The notes under the pieces are model-generated. The model did not search any database and was not told where the DNA came from. It worked only from the letters and a program-made list of their open reading frames with translations. Shown here piece after piece: positions 35,122 to 38,781 of a stretch of 38,781 bases of DNA (the stretch's first letter is position 1; each line of letters starts with the position of its first letter). The position numbers and the translations under genes are program-made. Source of the stretch: Polyangiales bacterium (GTDB taxonomy: Bacteria > Myxococcota_A > Polyangia > Polyangiales > Houyiibacteriaceae); contig JBGCFM010000075.1 in assembly GCA_045106895.1 (NCBI GenBank), forward strand, positions 1 through 38,781. Reading direction: 5' to 3'.

Positions 35122-35691
35122 TCAGCCGGCCTCCTGCTGGCGCTTGCGGGCATCCATGACGAACGCGAAGCGCTGTCCGGGAGCGGCGAGCTGAGCGACG
35201 AGGCTCTGAGCGGGTGCCATAAGGGTCGCGAGAAGCATGGCGCGGACTTCGTCCTTGCCGGGCATGGAAGCGAGGGTCGTTTCGACCTGCTTGCCTTCAA
35301 GCACCTGTCCGTCGAGCACAGCGCACTTGGCGGTGAGCTTCTCAGGGTGGTCCTTCTTCTTGAGCGTGTCCTTTTTGGACTCTCGGAACGTCTTGAGGAC
35401 CTTCGCCGCGCTGGACGGGTCTTCGTAGCTCCAAGCGATTCCGGTCATTCCCGTCAGCTGTGACGTGAAGCCTTCCGCGTTTTCAAGGTCGGTTCCGGCG
35501 ATTGCCTTCTTGACCAGGTTGTTCTTCACAACGCGGTATTCGATTCCTGCAGCGCGGAACTGTGTACGGAGCTCAGTGATGTGCTCCACGGTGACGCCGC
35601 GGTAGTCGACGAGAACCGTCGCTACTGCCTTGTCAAAGTTCTCTTTGAGGGTCGCGACGGCTGCCGCTTTCTCTGTTGCGTTCATCGGCAT
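35122..35691 (-). CDS. rplJ: 50S ribosomal protein L10
   Basis: VDYRGVTV..ITELR, RVVKNNL; synteny; start at 35691 or 35685. Confidence 0.97.
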   Translation of the reverse strand: MPMNATEKAAAVATLKENFDKAVATVLVDYRGVTVEHITELRTQFRAAGIEYRVVKNNLVKKAIAGTDLENAEGFTSQLTGMTGIAWSYEDPSSAAKVLKTFRESKKDTLKKKDHPEKLTAKCAVLDGQVLEGKQVETTLASMPGKDEVRAMLLATLMAPAQSLVAQLAAPGQRFAFVMDARKRQQEAG

Positions 35692-35692
35692 A

Positions 35693-36394
35693 TTAGGCCT
35701 CCACCGTGTCGACCGAGTTCGGGTCGATGCGGACTCCTGGTCCCATGGTCGAGCTCAACGTGATGCTCTTCATGTAGGTGCCCTTAGCGGTCGCTGGTTT
35801 GAGTCGGTTCAGCGTGTCGAGAAGCGCTTTCACGTTCTCTTCAAGCTTCGCGGCATCAAAGCTGCACTTACCTACAGGTACGTGCACGATGCCGGCCTTT
35901 TCGACGCGGAACTCAACCTTACCGGCTTTTGCTTCCGATACTGCTTTGTTCACGTCAAAGGTTACTGTTCCAACTTTAGGGTTTGGCATCAGACCGCGCG
36001 GACCGAGCACACGGCCAAGTCGGCCGACCTGCCCCATCATGTCCGGTGTTGCGATCACAGTGTCAAACTCAAGCCATCCGCCGGTGATCTTGGCTACAAG
36101 ATCATCAGCTCCCACAAAATCGGCTCCCGCGGCTTCCGCTTCAGCGACTTTGTCGCCCTTTGCGAAAACCAGGACACGCTTTGTGCTGCCCGTGCCATGC
36201 GGAAGAACCACCGCTCCTCGCACCATTTGATCAGCGTGCTTTGGGTTAACCCCAAGGCGCACTGCCAGGTCCACAGTCTCGTCGAATTTGCCGAAAGCAC
36301 ATTCTTTCACGAGGCCTGCTGCCTGCTGGAGCGAATACCGTTGGTCCCGCTGGACTTTTTCAAAGGCGGCTTTGCGCCTCTTTCCGGTTCTCAT
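35693..36394 (-). CDS. rplA: 50S ribosomal protein L1
   Basis: [45 protein letters not shown] Shine-Dalgarno. Confidence 0.99.
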   Translation of the reverse strand: MRTGKRRKAAFEKVQRDQRYSLQQAAGLVKECAFGKFDETVDLAVRLGVNPKHADQMVRGAVVLPHGTGSTKRVLVFAKGDKVAEAEAAGADFVGADDLVAKITGGWLEFDTVIATPDMMGQVGRLGRVLGPRGLMPNPKVGTVTFDVNKAVSEAKAGKVEFRVEKAGIVHVPVGKCSFDAAKLEENVKALLDTLNRLKPATAKGTYMKSITLSSTMGPGVRIDPNSVDTVEA

Positions 36395-36562
36395 TCATCC
36401 TCCTCGACTTGCCCGGAAATGTCCGAGCTTGCCTACCACCACGCATCCTTGGGTGGTCCAAGGCGGCACCGGCCCATTCCGGCACCGAATCTGGTCAACC
36501 TCACCGAAAAGTGAGGATGCCGTCGTTCGTTGTTTGTTGTTGTGAGTGAGCGCTTGCGCGCC

Positions 36563-36988
36563 CTACTGGCCTGCGACGTTGACGCCCATGGAGCGTGCTG
36601 TGCCCATGACACTACGCATGCAGGACTCGATGCTCGCGGCGTTGGTGTCCTGGATCTTCGTCGTCGCGATCTCGCGGACCTGGTCCATCGTCAGCGTTCC
36701 GACTTTGTCCTTATTGGGAACGGCCGAACCGGACTCAATGCCGAGAGCCTTCTTGATAAGAACGGGCACCGGTGGCGTCTTCGTGATGAACGAGAACGAG
36801 CGGTCCGCGAACACCGTGATGACCACGGGAATGATGAGTCCAGCATCCTTCTGCGTACGACCGTTGAAGTCCTTGCAGAACTGCATGATGTTGACGCCGT
36901 GCTGACCAAGCGCGGGACCGACAGGTGGCGACGGGTTCGCTTTGCCGGCTTCGAGCTGGAGCTTGATGGTTCCGATGACCTTCTTCAT
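36563..36988 (-). CDS. rplK: 50S ribosomal protein L11
   Basis: [37 protein letters not shown]. Confidence 0.99.
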   Translation of the reverse strand: MKKVIGTIKLQLEAGKANPSPPVGPALGQHGVNIMQFCKDFNGRTQKDAGLIIPVVITVFADRSFSFITKTPPVPVLIKKALGIESGSAVPNKDKVGTLTMDQVREIATTKIQDTNAASIESCMRSVMGTARSMGVNVAGQ

Positions 36989-37065
36989 GGGTGCGTCCTA
37001 ATCCTAAATAAGAAGCAACGTTTGACACGTGCTTGTAAAACTTGAGTTGAAGTGGAGTGAGTTGC

Positions 37066-37587
37066 TTAGACGGTCTTTTCGACCTGTCCGTATTCGAGTT
37101 CGACGGGCGTCGCACGGCCGAAGATGCTGATGAGCACGCGGACCTTTTGTTTCTCCGCGTTGAGCTCTTCGATGGTGCCCGTGTAGTTCGCGAAAGCACC
37201 TTCGGTGACGCGGACGTGGTCGCCCTGCTCGAAGTCGACCTTGGCGACTGGACGCTTTCCGTTCTCAACCTGGGACGCGATGACATCGATCTCGGGTGCA
37301 GGAACAGGGGATGGGTGACGACCACCGATGAAGCCGCTGACCTTTGGAGTGTCCTTCACGAGATGCCAACTGGCCTCGTTCAGGTCCATCTCGATGAAGA
37401 TGTAGCCCGGGTAGAAGTTGCGCGAGACAATGCGCTTCTTGGTGCCGTGGTTCTGCTGGACGTTCTCTTTCGGGATGAGAATCGTGCCGAACATTTCCTC
37501 CATGCCAGCCTGGCGAATGCGCTCCTCGAGGGAAAGCTTCACCTTGCTCTCATATTGGCTGTAGGCCTGTATCACGTACCACTTCAT
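37066..37587 (-). CDS. nusG: Transcription termination/antitermination factor NusG
   Basis: MKWYVIQAYS, YPGYIF, TPKVSGF, KOW GDHVRV.EGAFA, IFGRATPVEL; start at ATG 37587 (alternative TTG 37644). Confidence 0.98.
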   Translation of the reverse strand: MKWYVIQAYSQYESKVKLSLEERIRQAGMEEMFGTILIPKENVQQNHGTKKRIVSRNFYPGYIFIEMDLNEASWHLVKDTPKVSGFIGGRHPSPVPAPEIDVIASQVENGKRPVAKVDFEQGDHVRVTEGAFANYTGTIEELNAEKQKVRVLISIFGRATPVELEYGQVEKTV

Positions 37588-37646
37588 GGTTTCGTTCCGA
37601 GTCTTCGAGTTAAGTTCTGTGAGCTGCGGGTCGGTAGACTGCAATG

Positions 37647-38054
37647 CTAGTAAATAAGGTCGGTGACCGCGGACCAGGCCGCATCAAAGACACCCAGGAT
37701 GACCGCAGCGATGACGGAAACGACCATGACGACCATGGTGTTGGACCAGGTGGCCTCACGCGTGGGCCACGTGACGTGCTCAAGCTCGTGGGCGACTTCG
37801 CGGGAGAACTTGTTCACCTTCTCGTTCTTGTAGAGGAGAACCGCGATGAGCATCGATGCGATGGCAGCGACGCCTGTCAGAATCGTGGGGTTCGGGTCAG
37901 CGATGTTCGCCTTCTCCGCCACGAAGGCTGCGACGTCTACGAAGAGATGGTCGAGGAACCAGAACGAGAGAAGGAACATTCCCACGTAGGCGAACTGCAC
38001 CCATCGCTCGATGCCGAGCGTGCCTGTTTGGGTCGGTGGGTTCGATTCATCCAT
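37647..38054 (-). CDS. secE: Preprotein translocase subunit SecE (3-TM type)
   Basis: EVAHELEHVTWPTREAT motif followed by a TM helix; located between tRNA-Trp and nusG. Confidence 0.95.
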   Translation of the reverse strand: MDESNPPTQTGTLGIERWVQFAYVGMFLLSFWFLDHLFVDVAAFVAEKANIADPNPTILTGVAAIASMLIAVLLYKNEKVNKFSREVAHELEHVTWPTREATWSNTMVVMVVSVIAAVILGVFDAAWSAVTDLIY

Positions 38055-38112
38055 GAGAGGGTCCGTCGGGTGAGGGCCGTTAGAGATACTAAGAAGAACT
38101 AAGAAAGGGTTT

Positions 38113-38188
38113 TGGCAGGTCAGGAGGGATTCGAACCCACAACCATCGGATTTGGAATCCGGCGCTCTACCGTTGGAGCTACTGACCT
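38113..38188 (-). tRNA. tRNA-Trp (CCA)
   Basis: 76 nt: AGGTCAG acceptor stem, GCTC/GAGC D-stem, TTCCAAA anticodon loop, TTCGAAT T-loop, G73 and encoded CCA; conserved position upstream of secE. Confidence 0.97.
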
Positions 38189-38356
38189 AAGATGTACGAA
38201 GGGTCGCGACATATGCGATCCTGCAAGGCGGAATGCAACCACCGGCACGCTTTTTGTCTAGAAGACTGGTTTTTTAGGGTAAAATTGCCCTGAACGATAC
38301 ACATAGGTCGTCAGGAAGAAAAAACATCCCAGATCGCGTCACTTTCTGAGTTTTTT

Positions 38357-38515
38357 CTATCGGGACTCTTTGTGAAGCGTGTGACGACGACACGCTGGGC
38401 AGAACTTCTTGAATTCCAGGCGTTTTTCGTCGTTTGCACGACGTGCTTTGTCTCGCTTGTAGTTGCGTCCGCCGCAAACCTCACACACGAGGACAATTTT
38501 CAGTCGATCACCCAT
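38357..38515 (-). CDS. rpmG: 50S ribosomal protein L33 (Zn-ribbon, two CxxC)
   Basis: Manual translation [52 protein letters not shown] (52 aa); absent from the ORF track; synteny. Confidence 0.95.
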   Translation of the reverse strand: MGDRLKIVLVCEVCGGRNYKRDKARRANDEKRLEFKKFCPACRRHTLHKESR

Positions 38516-38558
38516 AACTCACTTTGTCTCCACGATCGTCCTGCGCGAGAGCCCAGGT

Positions 38559-38590
38559 AAAACAAAAAGAGCCCGCTGTCGCGGGCTCTT
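38559..38590 (-). terminator. Intrinsic terminator after tuf
   Basis: Minus strand AAGAGCCCGC-GACA-GCGGGCTCTT-TTTGTTTT. Confidence 0.88.
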
Positions 38591-38618
38591 CGTTTGGTGT
38601 CGGCGCGAAGCCGACTGA

Positions 38619-38781
38619 TTACTCGATGATGCTGGAGATGACGCCGGCGCCGACGGTGCGGCCACCTTCGCGGATAGCGAAGCGCTGCTTCTCTTCCATG
38701 GCGACGGCTGCGATGAGCTCGACCTTCATCTTCACGTTGTCGCCGGGCATGACCATCTTGACGTCTTCGGGAAGCTCGATC
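38619..38781 (-). CDS. tuf: Elongation factor Tu, C-terminal part (runs off the right edge)
   Basis: Manual translation [53 protein letters not shown]. Confidence 0.98.
   Translation of the reverse strand, partial: IELPEDVKMVMPGDNVKMKVELIAAVAMEEKQRFAIREGGRTVGAGVISSIIE

Noticed and set aside
37900..38356. Mobile element integrated at tRNA-Trp
   Set aside because: No integrase or duplicated tRNA 3' end is visible, and the rpmG-tRNA-secE synteny is intact

Overview
GC-rich chromosomal window, most likely from a myxobacterium (inferred from the many lipoproteins, the DUF1552/DUF1592 pair and the HMG-CoA synthase). The right third (25.8-38.8 kb, minus strand) is the conserved tuf-rpmG-tRNA-Trp-secE-nusG-rplKAJL-rpoBC cluster. 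The left two thirds are mixed: two lipoproteins plus RNase R, an HMG-CoA synthase, a thymidine phosphorylase, an HExxH metallopeptidase, a YtrA/GntR regulator with a DUF1648 membrane protein, a PP2C phosphatase, convergent fused PabAB and PhzE/TrpEG-like chorismate aminases, a DUF1592/DUF1552 pair and a large mosaic TPR protein. The standout is a compact candidate RiPP locus at 10.0-12.4 kb. Two tandem paralogous, highly acidic small proteins carry lipoprotein-type signal peptides, repeated EASCG motifs and an identical EASCGEGSCG C-terminus. They precede a DUF692 multinuclear non-heme iron oxidase (MNIO) and its DUF2063-like partner. This suggests membrane-anchored, Cys-modified, probably metal-binding peptides related to the HvfA/bufferin classes. 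All family calls come from motif recognition by eye; no database searches were run.
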